Shown one piece after another: positions 20,246 through 29,411 of a stretch of 64,000 nucleotides of DNA. The notes under the pieces are model-generated. The model had not been told where the DNA came from. It saw only the letters and a program-made list of their open reading frames with translations, and did not search any database. The number at the start of each line of letters is the position of its first letter. Positions within the stretch are counted from its first letter, which is position 1. The stretch comes from Halorarum halobium (lineage in GTDB: Archaea; Halobacteriota; Halobacteria; Halobacteriales; Haloferacaceae): positions 124,001-188,000 of the forward strand of contig NZ_CP134951.1 in NCBI RefSeq assembly GCF_032116555.1. Direction: 5' to 3'. A program made the position numbers and the translations under genes.

Positions 20246-20496
20246 ATCGGCGGCGACGGTGACGGCCGCGACGTGAGCGATGTGTTCGCGGTGAGACGTG
20301 GTACTCTTTCCGGAACTACGTCATAGTTCCTTTCGAACTTCTTAGTTTTCTTCTTTTAAGTACCTGACCGGATCGAACGGCGGCGGAGCCGGGCGAGGAG
20401 TTCGGTGCGGGACCGGGCGTCTCGGGCGGGCGGCCGTCAGTCGCCGCCCGGGGCGTGGGAAGGAGTAAAACCCCCTCCCCGGAAACGGGACCCCCG

Positions 20497-20892
20497 ATGG
20501 AGGACGTGCTCTGGTACCTGCTCGCGAGTTCCCGCGGCGGGCCGACACGGACGCGTCTCCTCCGACTGCTCGACGAGCGGCCGCGCAACGCCAACCAGCT
20601 CGCGACCGCGCTCGAGCTCGATTACACGACCGTCAGACACCACCTCGACGTGCTGATGGACAACAACGTCGTCCGGCGGGCGGGCGACGACTACGCGGCC
20701 GTCTACCTGTTCACCGAGCAGGTCGAGACGAACTGGCACACGGTCGAGGAGATCCTCGACACCGTGGACGGCGGAGACGCCGCGGCGACGGGTGACGAGA
20801 CGGGAGCCGGAAGCGAGCCGGAGACCGGGGCGGAAAACGGGAGCGGGACGGCGACCGAGGAAACCGACACGGAGGACACCGAAGGCTCATGA
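20497..20892 (+). CDS. ArsR-like winged-helix regulator
   Basis: LWYLLASSRGGPTR...NANQLA..LDYTTVRHHL. Confidence 0.85.
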   Translation: MEDVLWYLLASSRGGPTRTRLLRLLDERPRNANQLATALELDYTTVRHHLDVLMDNNVVRRAGDDYAAVYLFTEQVETNWHTVEEILDTVDGGDAAATGDETGAGSEPETGAENGSGTATEETDTEDTEGS

Positions 20893-20894
20893 TT

Positions 20895-20911
20895 TCGGAC
20901 GAATATGGGAC
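20895..20911 (+). promoter_or_regulatory. Candidate operator T.GGACGAA..T.GGAC (copy 1)
   Basis: tcggacgaatatgggac about 40 nt before ATG 20951; matches 21333-21349. Confidence 0.5.
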
Positions 20912-20950
20912 AGCACTGAAAGGGGCGGCCGACCGACCGCGGAGGCGACG

Positions 20951-21253
20951 ATGACCATCTGGCTCGAGGCCGCGCGGGTCGCCGCGGGGGTGAACACGCT
21001 GTTGCTGCTCGCGCTGGGCACCGTCTGGCTCCGGAACTACCGGCGGCACGGCGCCGAACACACGCTCGGCCTGCTCGTCGTCGCCGGATTCCTGCTCGTG
21101 GAGAACCTGCTGTGGCTCTACTTCTATCTCGCCCACCCGGCGTTCATCGGCTGGTTCGTGGCGTCGGGGGCCGACGTGCAGGCGGGCGTGACGATGCTGT
21201 GCGGGCTGGAACTCGTCGCGCTCGCGTTCCTCGCGCGGCTCACCCTGCGCTGA
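20951..21253 (+). CDS. Small 3-TM membrane protein partnered with ArsR-like regulator
   Basis: N..LL..L..VW.RNYR...HTLGL...L.EN pattern; GGAGG SD. Confidence 0.8.
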   Translation: MTIWLEAARVAAGVNTLLLLALGTVWLRNYRRHGAEHTLGLLVVAGFLLVENLLWLYFYLAHPAFIGWFVASGADVQAGVTMLCGLELVALAFLARLTLR

Positions 21254-21332
21254 CCGACGACCGACCCGACGCCGTCCACAGCCCCCGCACCGGATCCGAC
21301 GCCGCTCCCGCCGAGCCGAACGTCACGCGACG

Positions 21333-21360
21333 TTGGACGAACTTTGGACGGAGTCCGGAA
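21333..21360 (+). promoter_or_regulatory. Candidate operator (copy 2; GGAC/GGAC/GGAA at 11-bp period)
   Basis: ttggacgaactttggacggagtccggaa upstream of ATG 21395. Confidence 0.5.
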
Positions 21361-21394
21361 AACGTTCTTTCGCCGATTTCGCGTCCTCCCGGCC

Positions 21395-22060
21395 ATGGCA
21401 CCGACACGACGCGCGCTGCTCGGCGCTGCCGGCGCGGCTGCCGCGACGCTCCCCCTCGCGGGCTGTATCGGCAGCGACGGCGGCGACGGCGGCGACGGCG
21501 GCACGGACTCGCCAGGGTCGACCGAGGAACCCACCGTGGAGCCGACCGACGAGCCGACGGCTGCATCGACCGACGGAACCACGACCGGATCCGACGCCGC
21601 GGAGGCGACGGTCGCCGTGCGCTCGCATCCCGAGCACGGCGACGTCCTCGTGGGTCCGGACGGGCTGACGCTGTACATGTTCGACTCCGACACGCGGGGC
21701 GCGGGCGCGAGCACCTGTTATGACGGCTGCGCGTCGGCGTGGCCGGCGCTCACCGTCGACGGCGAACCGACCGCAGGCGAGGGCGTCTCGGCCGAACTGA
21801 CGGCGTTCGAGCGCGAGGACGGGGCCACGCAGGTCTCGGCGAACGGCTGGCCGCTGTACTACTTCGCCAGCGACGCGGAACCGGGCGACGCCAGCGGCCA
21901 GGGAGTCAACGACGTCTGGTGGGTACTGACGCCGGCGGGGGTTCCGATCCGTCCCGGCGAGGGGACGACGACCCCGGCGGGGACTGCCGCGACGACCGCC
22001 GCCGGGGAAACCTCGACCGCCGCCGACGGGGACGGTTCGGGCGACGGCGGGCGCTACTGA
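21395..22060 (+). CDS. COG4315-like lipoprotein (Yx(FWY)xxD repeats)
   Basis: TRRALL...LAGC Tat lipobox; TLYMFDSD, CYDGCASAWP, PLYYFASD, GQGVNDVW. Confidence 0.85.
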   Translation: MAPTRRALLGAAGAAAATLPLAGCIGSDGGDGGDGGTDSPGSTEEPTVEPTDEPTAASTDGTTTGSDAAEATVAVRSHPEHGDVLVGPDGLTLYMFDSDTRGAGASTCYDGCASAWPALTVDGEPTAGEGVSAELTAFEREDGATQVSANGWPLYYFASDAEPGDASGQGVNDVWWVLTPAGVPIRPGEGTTTPAGTAATTAAGETSTAADGDGSGDGGRY

Positions 22061-22113
22061 GCCCGCGTCGCGGACCGAAAGCCCGACGTACTCCGGCCGC
22101 CGAAGACGGACGA

Positions 22114-22434
22114 ATGCGATCTGTGCTCCTCGCCGGCGGCCACGGCGGCGACCCGTGGTACGCGCTCGTCCTCGGCCTCGCGGCCGTCGGCGGGGCGATC
22201 CTGCTTGGCGGGGGGTTAGCGGCGTTCCTCCGGCGCGGCACGCGGTCGTACCTGCTCGTCGCGCTCGCGCTCGGGACGCTCCTGGCGCGGACGGCGCTGG
22301 CGGTCGGCGCGGCGTGGGGCGCGGTCGACGCGAACACGCACCACTTCGGCGAGCACGTCCTCGACGTGGCGATGGCGGGGCTGGTCATCGCCGCGGTCGT
22401 CTACGCCCGCAGGACGGGAGGTGTCGGCTCGTGA
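22114..22434 (+). CDS. Small membrane protein with HHxxEH motif (DUF7471-like)
   Basis: RRGTRSYLL...THHFGEHVLD...AAVVYAR. Confidence 0.8.
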   Translation: MRSVLLAGGHGGDPWYALVLGLAAVGGAILLGGGLAAFLRRGTRSYLLVALALGTLLARTALAVGAAWGAVDANTHHFGEHVLDVAMAGLVIAAVVYARRTGGVGS

Positions 22435-22459
22435 ACCGCCGGGGGAGGTGGCTCGCCCG

Positions 22460-22978
22460 ATGAGCCAGCCCCCGACCCGGGAGCGGGTCGCCTCGTACGT
22501 CCGGAGCCACCCCGGCCTCCACTTCAACGAACTCGTCCGCCGGCTCGACCTCGCGCCGGGGCAAGCCCAGTACCACCTCCGCGGGCTGACCGGCGACGGC
22601 GACCTGTGCCGCGAGGAGGTGTCGGGCCGGACCCACTACTTCCCTGCCGAGTACGGTCCCGACGACCGCCTGCTCGTCGCGCTGTTGCGCCGCGAGACCG
22701 CGCGGGACGTCTGTCTCGAACTGCTCGAGACGCCCCGCCGACCGGCGTCGCTGGCCGAGGACCTCGACGTCGCCCGGAGCACGCTGGAGTGGCACCTCGA
22801 CGGCCTCGTCGACGCCGACGTGGTCCGAAAGCGGCGCGACCAGCGCGGGCGCGTCACGCTCGAACTCACGGACCCCGAGGCGACCGCGCGGGGGCTGCGG
22901 GTCGTCCGCCCGTCGCTCCCGGACCGCCTGCTCGACCGCTTCACGCGGCTGGTCGACGGGCTGCTGGAGGGCGAGTGA
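22460..22978 (+). CDS. Tandem winged-helix transcriptional regulator
   Basis: HPGLHFNELVRRLDLAPGQAQYHL; second HTH ARSTLEWHL. Confidence 0.85.
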   Translation: MSQPPTRERVASYVRSHPGLHFNELVRRLDLAPGQAQYHLRGLTGDGDLCREEVSGRTHYFPAEYGPDDRLLVALLRRETARDVCLELLETPRRPASLAEDLDVARSTLEWHLDGLVDADVVRKRRDQRGRVTLELTDPEATARGLRVVRPSLPDRLLDRFTRLVDGLLEGE

Positions 22979-23035
22979 GTTCGGGACGGCCGAATCCGAC
23001 GAAAGGACTACCCGTCAGCCGCCCCTGCGGCCGCC

Positions 23036-23443
23036 GTGTTCGACGCGGAACCGGGGCGGCGCGTCCTCGCCGTCGGCCTCGCGGGCGTGGCGGTCGCCGC
23101 GCTCGGCACCCTCCTCCCCTGGGTCGCCGAGACGCGGCTGCAGGTGTACGTGCTCGGGATGGACTCGGGGCTCGAACGCCGCTGGACGAGGGCGCTCGCG
23201 CTCTGCCTGCCGATCGGAACTGTCGCCGTCCTCGCGGCGGTGGGACGGTTCGATCGGGGCGGCCTCGCCGCGCGGCTGCTGGCCGTCCTCGGCGGGCTCT
23301 CGGTGCTCGTCGCGGTGCTGGCGAGTCCGCTCACCGGCCGCTGGACGCCCGGCGTCGGCGTCTACGTGACGATTCTGGGCGGGGTCCTCCTGCTCGTCCC
23401 CGCCGCCTCCGCCGGGTCGAGGCTCCTCCCCGACGCGACGTGA
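23036..23443 (+). CDS. Hypothetical 4-TM membrane protein
   Basis: Hydrophobic ORF with LPW and PGVGVYVTILGG segments; GTG start. Confidence 0.65.
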   Translation: MFDAEPGRRVLAVGLAGVAVAALGTLLPWVAETRLQVYVLGMDSGLERRWTRALALCLPIGTVAVLAAVGRFDRGGLAARLLAVLGGLSVLVAVLASPLTGRWTPGVGVYVTILGGVLLLVPAASAGSRLLPDAT

Positions 23444-23446
23444 GGC

Positions 23447-23474
23447 GTTCGACGGCCACACCACAACCCCCTTT
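23447..23474 (+). promoter_or_regulatory. Shared upstream motif GTTCGA-N7-ACCASAACCCCCTT (copy 1)
   Basis: gttcgacggccacaccacaaccccc ttt; ACCA 39 nt before ATG 23499. Confidence 0.7.
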
Positions 23475-23498
23475 CGTGCGGCCCGATTACCGCCGGCA

Positions 23499-24794
23499 AT
23501 GACCGACACCGACGGCCTCTCGCGGCGCGAGTTCGGGAAGGCCGCCGTCGCCGCGGGCGGCGCTGCCGCGCTCTCGGCCTGCGTCGAGCGGCTCGACCCG
23601 GCCGACCCCATCCCGTCCGGCGACGGTGCCGCCGCACACCCGACCGGCCAGCACGAGTGGAACGAGTTCCTCCGCACCGACGACGCGGGCAACCATCGGC
23701 TTCCCCGACACCACGTGTTCCTCTACTGTTCGGTCTCGGGCGGGGGGACGCCCGGGACGGCCGCCCGCGAGTCCGTCGCCGGGGCGTTCGACGCGCTGGA
23801 CGAGGCGTTCGCGTGGGGGCCGGAAGGGCTGTTCCACTCGGTCGGCTACTCGCCCGCGTACTTCGACCGCTACGACGGGTCGCTCCCCGACTCGGTCGAC
23901 CTCCCGCACCCCGAGCCGCTGGCGCCGTTCGAGACGCCGACGTTCGACGAGCAGGACCTGCTCGTCCACCTCGCCTCGGACCGTCCCGACGCCGTGCTGG
24001 CCGCCGAGGAGGCGCTGACGGGCGAGCGCGACCGGGCCAACGGCGTCGCGGTCCCGTCCGCGCTCGCCGGGGCTGCAACGGTCGACTCGCGCCGGACCGG
24101 CTTCATGGAGGTCGGCAAGCCCCACGCGGAGGGCGACGACCTCTCGGGCGTGCCACAGCCCAACCCCATCCCCGAGGAGTCGCCGCTGTTCATGGGGTTC
24201 GTGGCCGGCCTCCGTGCGAACCAGGCGACCGAATCGTACGTCACCCTCCCCGAGGGCCCGTTCGCCGGCGGCACGACGAAGGTCGTCTCCAACTGGCGAC
24301 AGCGCCTGAACGACTGGTACGGAGAGCAGGGCGACGAGGAACGCGTCACCGAGATGTTCTCGCCCGGCCACACGGCCCGGGGGCTCGTCGAGGGCGTCGG
24401 GGAGAACCTCGGCGACGACAGCGGCGTCGACGCCTTCATCGACGACGTCGTCGCGGACGCCGAGGAGTACGGCCGGGTCGGCCACGCGCAGAAGGCCGCG
24501 CGGGCGAACCGCGACGAGGACGGCAACGTGCGGCTGCTGCGCCGGCACGTCGAGTCGACCGACGACGACGCGGCGAGCCTCCACTTCCCGGCGCTCCAGC
24601 GCGGGATCACCGCGTTCGAGGAGGTGCGCCGCGCGATGAACGGCACCGACGCGACGGCGGCGACGCCGGCGGTCCGCCAGCGGGTGAACAACGGCATCCT
24701 CGAGTACATCTTCGTCCGGCGGCGCGGCTACTTCCTGATCCCGCCGCGGGACCTACGGGCGCTGCCGCGACCGGTCGGGGGCGCCGGGGGGTAG
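23499..24794 (+). CDS. Tat lipoprotein, DyP-peroxidase-like (DUF7405-like)
   Basis: SRREFGK...LSAC; LFMGFVAG, GHAQKAAR, LLRRH, EYIFVRRRGYFLIPP resemble DyP motifs. Confidence 0.75.
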   Translation: MTDTDGLSRREFGKAAVAAGGAAALSACVERLDPADPIPSGDGAAAHPTGQHEWNEFLRTDDAGNHRLPRHHVFLYCSVSGGGTPGTAARESVAGAFDALDEAFAWGPEGLFHSVGYSPAYFDRYDGSLPDSVDLPHPEPLAPFETPTFDEQDLLVHLASDRPDAVLAAEEALTGERDRANGVAVPSALAGAATVDSRRTGFMEVGKPHAEGDDLSGVPQPNPIPEESPLFMGFVAGLRANQATESYVTLPEGPFAGGTTKVVSNWRQRLNDWYGEQGDEERVTEMFSPGHTARGLVEGVGENLGDDSGVDAFIDDVVADAEEYGRVGHAQKAARANRDEDGNVRLLRRHVESTDDDAASLHFPALQRGITAFEEVRRAMNGTDATAATPAVRQRVNNGILEYIFVRRRGYFLIPPRDLRALPRPVGGAGG

Positions 24795-24913
24795 CGGCCG
24801 CGTCGGAGGGTCGGAGGAGGTTGGGGACGACGTGCAGTGGGAGTCGGCGGGGGCGACCGCCGGCGGTGGCTCGACCGGAACGCCGTGCGGGAGCCGGTGG
24901 ATCGGTGGGATAA

Positions 24914-24946
24914 TTAGAGTTCAGACTATAATAGTCTTGTTTCTAA
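24914..24946. promoter_or_regulatory. AT-rich palindrome upstream of ATPase gene
   Basis: TTAGA-gttc-AGACTAT-a-ATAGTCT-tgtt-TCTAA. Confidence 0.65.
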
Positions 24947-24985
24947 CTCCGAAGAGCCTATGTCGCCCCGGTCCCACGTGCGGCC

Positions 24986-26401
24986 GTGAAACAGTTCGTG
25001 GATCGCGCCGCCGAACTCGACCGGCTTCGGACCCTGTACGGGACCGACGAGGCGGAACTGGCGGTCGTCTACGGTCGGCGACAGATCGGGAAGAGCGAAC
25101 TCGTCCGGCAGTCGATCGCGGGCCGGGACGACGCGGTGTACTACCAGGCGGTCCAGGGGACGCCCACCGTCCAGTTGAACCGGTTCGTGGAGGCCGCCGA
25201 GGACGCGTATCCGAGCGTCACGTCGATCAAGGAGGAGTGGGAGCCGCTGCTCGCACACCTGATCGATCGGGACGCGGTAGTCGTGATCGACGAGTTCCCG
25301 TACCTCGTCGAGTCGAACGAGGCACTTCCGTCCGTCGTCCAGCACCTGTGGGACACGAGCGTGGACGGGAGCCGGGCCACGGTCGTGCTGACCGGCTCCG
25401 CCGTCGGGATGATCCACACGCACGTCCTCGACGGGGGCGCGCCGCTCTACGGGCGCGTGTCGCAGCATCCGAACGGTCGGATCGAACTGGAACCGCTCCC
25501 GTTCCGGGCGACGAAGGCGTTCGTTCCGGGGTACGACGCCGAAGAGCGGGTGTTCGTCCACGGCGTGTTCGGAGGGACCCCCCGGTATCTCGACCCGCTC
25601 GACGCCGATTCGAGCGTCGGGGAGAACGTCTCCCGACTCCTCCTCGACCCCGACGGGACGCTCCACGACGAGCCCGAGACCGTGCTGCAGATGGAACTCA
25701 CGGAGGTGAACACGTACTTCTCGCTCCTCGAGTCGATGGCGAGGGGGAACCGGAGCCGGAACGACATCGCCCAGGACGCGGGCGTCGAGAGCACGAACAC
25801 GTCGTACTACTTCGACCGCCTCGAGACCCTCCGGATCGTGGGAACCGACCACCCGGCGCTCGCCGACCCCGCACGGAGCAAACGGACCCGCTACCGCATC
25901 CGTGACCCGCTGTTCCGGTTCTACTTCCGGTACCTGTACGGGCGGGACGGTCGGTACGAACTGTACGGCGAGGACGCCTACGCCGACCTCGTCGAACCCG
26001 AACTCCCGGACTTCGTCAGCGAGACGTTCGAGTCGCTCTGTCACGGGGCGCTTCCCGCGCTGTATCCGGCGTACACGCTCACGCGGGTGCCCGGTCAGTG
26101 GTGGCGCAAGGGGCGCGAGATCGACGTCGTCGCGCCGACCGACGAGGGGACGCTGCTCGTCGGGGAGGCGAAGTTCACCGGCGGCCCCCTCGGGTACGGG
26201 GTGCTCTCGACGCTGGAGGAGGACGCCCGACGGGTCGACTGGACGCCCCCGGGGGGCGGCGAGCCGACGTACGAGTACGCGCTGTTCAGTCGGAACGGGT
26301 TCACCCGGTCAGTCGGGGAGGCGGCGGCCGAGCGCACCGACCTCGAACTCGTCCACCTCGCCGACGTGGTCGCCGCGCTCGACGGGACGGGAGCCGGGTG
26401 A
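24986..26401 (+). CDS. Archaeal ATPase (AAA+, wHTH, DUF234/PD-(D/E)XK-like C-terminus)
   Basis: FVDRAAEL, YGRRQIGKS, IDEFPY, GGTPRY, DPLFRFYF, EIDVV...GEAK. Confidence 0.9.
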   Translation: MKQFVDRAAELDRLRTLYGTDEAELAVVYGRRQIGKSELVRQSIAGRDDAVYYQAVQGTPTVQLNRFVEAAEDAYPSVTSIKEEWEPLLAHLIDRDAVVVIDEFPYLVESNEALPSVVQHLWDTSVDGSRATVVLTGSAVGMIHTHVLDGGAPLYGRVSQHPNGRIELEPLPFRATKAFVPGYDAEERVFVHGVFGGTPRYLDPLDADSSVGENVSRLLLDPDGTLHDEPETVLQMELTEVNTYFSLLESMARGNRSRNDIAQDAGVESTNTSYYFDRLETLRIVGTDHPALADPARSKRTRYRIRDPLFRFYFRYLYGRDGRYELYGEDAYADLVEPELPDFVSETFESLCHGALPALYPAYTLTRVPGQWWRKGREIDVVAPTDEGTLLVGEAKFTGGPLGYGVLSTLEEDARRVDWTPPGGGEPTYEYALFSRNGFTRSVGEAAAERTDLELVHLADVVAALDGTGAG

Positions 26402-26580
26402 GCGACCGCGGGAGAGCGACTGCGGGTGAGCGGCTGCGGGAACACGAACGACGAGGCGGAGACCGAACCGACACGGGCCCGCCGAGCGGGGTGAAGTCGT
26501 ACCCTTCGAGCCACAACGGTATCGGCCGTAATCTGTCGGAAGCAGCGTCGTACGGGGCGGGATCATCTCATACCATCGTA

Positions 26581-26605
26581 ATGAACGAAATATTCAAATG
26601 TTCAT
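26581..26605. promoter_or_regulatory. Inverted repeat ATGAAC-N13-GTTCAT, probable TetR operator
   Basis: atgaacgaaatattcaaatgttcat just upstream of ABC operon that ends in a TetR gene. Confidence 0.6.
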
Positions 26606-26627
26606 GATCCGAACCTCGACGTGCCAA

Positions 26628-27767
26628 ATGACGCCGATTCACCTGGACGACCTGACGAAGTACTACGGGGAGACCCGGGGGATCGAGGACCTCTCGTTCG
26701 ACGTCCGCGAGGGGGAGGTGTTCGGGTTCCTCGGGCCCAACGGCGCGGGCAAGACCACGACGATCCGCACGCTGATGGGCTTTCAATCCCCGACCGGCGG
26801 GAGCGCGACCGTGCTCGGCCACGACGTCACCGACCGGGCGGGGATGATCGAGGCCAAGCGGCGGATCGGCTACGTCCCCGCCGAGATGGGGTTCGACGAG
26901 GGCGTCACCGGGCGGCGCTTCCTCCGATACCAGGCGTCGCTCAAGGGCGACGAGCGGAGCGGGGAGCTGTTGGAGCTGTTCGACCCGCCGATGGACCGGA
27001 AGATCGGCGAGTACTCGACGGGCAACAGGCGAAAGCTCGCGGTCGTGCTCGCGTTCATGCACGATCCCGACCTCGTCGTCATGGACGAGCCGACCTCGGG
27101 GCTCGACCCGCTGATGCAGGAGCGCTTCTACGAGTTCGTCCGCGACGAGCAGGAGCGCGGGACGACGTTCTTCTTCTCCTCGCACGTCCTGAGCGAGGTC
27201 CAGAAGATCTGTGACCGGGTGGGGATCGTCCGGAACGGCCACCTCGTCGAACTCGAGGACGTCGGGACGCTGCTCGACCGGGGCGGCAAGCGCGTCTCGG
27301 TGCGCGTGAGCGGGCCGGTCGACGCCCGGGAGTTCGCCATCGACGGGGTACACGACGTTACCGTCTCCGGTGACGAGCAGTCGCGGGAGCCCGCCACGGC
27401 CGACGGCGGCGAGCGCGACCGGTCGGCCGACGACGGGTCCGAGCGGGCCGACGACGTCCCGGCGACCGAGGACGCCGAACGGCCGGACGGGGCGGGCGAC
27501 TCCCCCGGCTCCGGCGGGCGCCAGGGGACCTCGGTGAGCTTCACCTTCACGGGCGATTACAACACGCTGCTCGAACACCTGCTGGGCTACGAAATCCTCG
27601 ATCTGGACGTCTCGGACGCGCCGCTGGAGGACGTGTTCATGCGCTTCTACGGCGACGTCGACCCCCAGGGAGGGACCGGGGCTCTCGAGGGGCGATCAGA
27701 TGGCGGGACGGTCGGTGAGGCGCGGGCTGGTGGGGAAGGAGGCGACGGGGGATGGGCGGATGTTTGA
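26628..27767 (+). CDS. ABC exporter ATP-binding protein
   Basis: GPNGAGKTT, MDEPTSGLDP, SSHVLSEV. Confidence 0.93.
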   Translation: MTPIHLDDLTKYYGETRGIEDLSFDVREGEVFGFLGPNGAGKTTTIRTLMGFQSPTGGSATVLGHDVTDRAGMIEAKRRIGYVPAEMGFDEGVTGRRFLRYQASLKGDERSGELLELFDPPMDRKIGEYSTGNRRKLAVVLAFMHDPDLVVMDEPTSGLDPLMQERFYEFVRDEQERGTTFFFSSHVLSEVQKICDRVGIVRNGHLVELEDVGTLLDRGGKRVSVRVSGPVDAREFAIDGVHDVTVSGDEQSREPATADGGERDRSADDGSERADDVPATEDAERPDGAGDSPGSGGRQGTSVSFTFTGDYNTLLEHLLGYEILDLDVSDAPLEDVFMRFYGDVDPQGGTGALEGRSDGGTVGEARAGGEGGDGGWADV

Positions 27768-28545
27768 GGTCGCGCGCTACGAGGGCGAGCGCCGGCTGGT
27801 GCTCGGGGCGACCATCGCGGCCGCGGCGAGCTTCTACGGCGCGATGTTCGTCGCGCTCTCGCCGGCGTTCACCGACTTCGACGTCGAGGCGATCTTCGCG
27901 AACTTTCCCCGACAGTTCACCGAGGGGCTCGGCGTCACGGCGCTCGACACCCTCGCTGGCCTGCTCGCGGTCGAACTGTTCCAGGTCGGCTGGGTGCTGG
28001 TGCTCGGCCTCTATCTGGCCTACAGCGCCGCCTCGATGATCGCGGGCGAGGTCGAGTCGGGCCGGATGGACACCCTGCTCGCCGCGCCGATCTCCCGGTC
28101 GAGGCTCGTCCGCGAGGAGTTCCTCTCGCTCCTGGTGCCGATCCTCGCCGTCAACGTCGTCACCCCCATCGTGCTCTACGTGGGCTCGGTGGTCATCGGC
28201 GACCCGCTCGTCGTCGCGAACCTCGTCGTGCTCCACGCGCTGGCGGTGCCGTACCTGCTGTGCTGTGGGGCGGTCGGGTTCGCGGCGTCGGCGTTTCTCC
28301 GCGATGAGAGCCTCGCCCGGTACGCCTCGATGGGCGCGCTGCTCGTGGCGTTCCTGGTCGAGACGCTGCTCATCGGCACCGACTACGAGGTCCTCGGCGT
28401 GATCGCCCCGATGAACTACTTCGACCCGACCGAGATCCTCGTCGAGGGCACCTTCGACTTCGCGGGCGGGGCCATCCTGCTCGCGGCCGCCGCGGCGCTG
28501 GTGCTCGCGGGCCAGTGGCGGTTCGAACGGGTGGACGTCCGATGA
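27760..28545 (+). CDS. ABC-2 type permease
   Basis: IAGEVESGRMDTLLAAPISRS; 6 TM. Confidence 0.9.
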   Translation: MFEVARYEGERRLVLGATIAAAASFYGAMFVALSPAFTDFDVEAIFANFPRQFTEGLGVTALDTLAGLLAVELFQVGWVLVLGLYLAYSAASMIAGEVESGRMDTLLAAPISRSRLVREEFLSLLVPILAVNVVTPIVLYVGSVVIGDPLVVANLVVLHALAVPYLLCCGAVGFAASAFLRDESLARYASMGALLVAFLVETLLIGTDYEVLGVIAPMNYFDPTEILVEGTFDFAGGAILLAAAAALVLAGQWRFERVDVR

Positions 28546-29345
28546 CGCTCGACGTGTTGCGCTACGAGGGGAGCCGCCGGGTGAGGAGCGCGCTCGGGAT
28601 CAGCGTCGCGTTCGCGCTGCTGGCGCTGCTGTTCGTGGCGACCGCCCCGCTGATCACGACCGACATCGCGGCCAGCGCCGAGTTCGAGCGGGTCATGTCA
28701 CAGCTCCCCCAGCCGTTCGTCGAGGCGTTCGGCCTCCGGAGCATGACGAGCCTCGCGGGGCTGCTCGCCGGGGAGTTCTACACCCTGATCTGGGCGGTGT
28801 TCTTCGGCATCTACCTCGCGTACAGCGCGGCGGGGTCGATCGCGGGCGACGTCGACGCCGACCGGATGGACGTGCTGCTCTCCGCGCCCGTCTCGCGCAC
28901 GAGCGTCCTCCTCGAGAAGTTCCTCGCGCTGCTCGTGCCCATCGTCGTCGCGAGCGTCACCACGCCGGCCGTCGTCCACGTCGGCTCGCTGTTCATCGAC
29001 GCCTCGATCGACCCCGCGGCCCTGCTCGCGGTCCACGCGCTCGCGGTGCCGTACCTGCTGTGCTGTGGGGCCGTCGGGCTCGTGTGCTCGGTGTTCCTCG
29101 ACGGCGAGGACGCGGCCCAGAACGCGGCCGTCGGCGTGCTGTTCGCGCTGTACCTGCTCCAGTCGTTCGTCCCCGTCACCGACTACGGCTGGCTGGCGAA
29201 CGTCGCCCCGATGACGTACTTCGACGCGAACGAGATCATGCTCGACGGGACGTACGACCTCGCGGGCGCGGGCATCCTGCTCGCGGCGACGGTCGTGCTG
29301 CTCGTCGTGAGCCAGGTCAGGTTCACACGGATGGACATCCGGTGA
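28542..29345 (+). CDS. ABC-2 type permease (paralog of upstream gene)
   Basis: IAGDVDADRMDVLLSAPVSR; shares HALAVPYLLCCGAVG. Confidence 0.9.
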   Translation: MTLDVLRYEGSRRVRSALGISVAFALLALLFVATAPLITTDIAASAEFERVMSQLPQPFVEAFGLRSMTSLAGLLAGEFYTLIWAVFFGIYLAYSAAGSIAGDVDADRMDVLLSAPVSRTSVLLEKFLALLVPIVVASVTTPAVVHVGSLFIDASIDPAALLAVHALAVPYLLCCGAVGLVCSVFLDGEDAAQNAAVGVLFALYLLQSFVPVTDYGWLANVAPMTYFDANEIMLDGTYDLAGAGILLAATVVLLVVSQVRFTRMDIR

Positions 29346-29411
29346 GCCGAGTTGCGCGCGAAACCGGTGGAACCACACGCATGACCCCCGAACCCACTGA
29401 CGACACCGACG

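Noticed and set aside
20320..20365. T-rich tract after the HTH_10 gene
   Set aside because: Could be a terminator or the TTTTAAG promoter of the ArsR-like gene; cannot be distinguished from sequence
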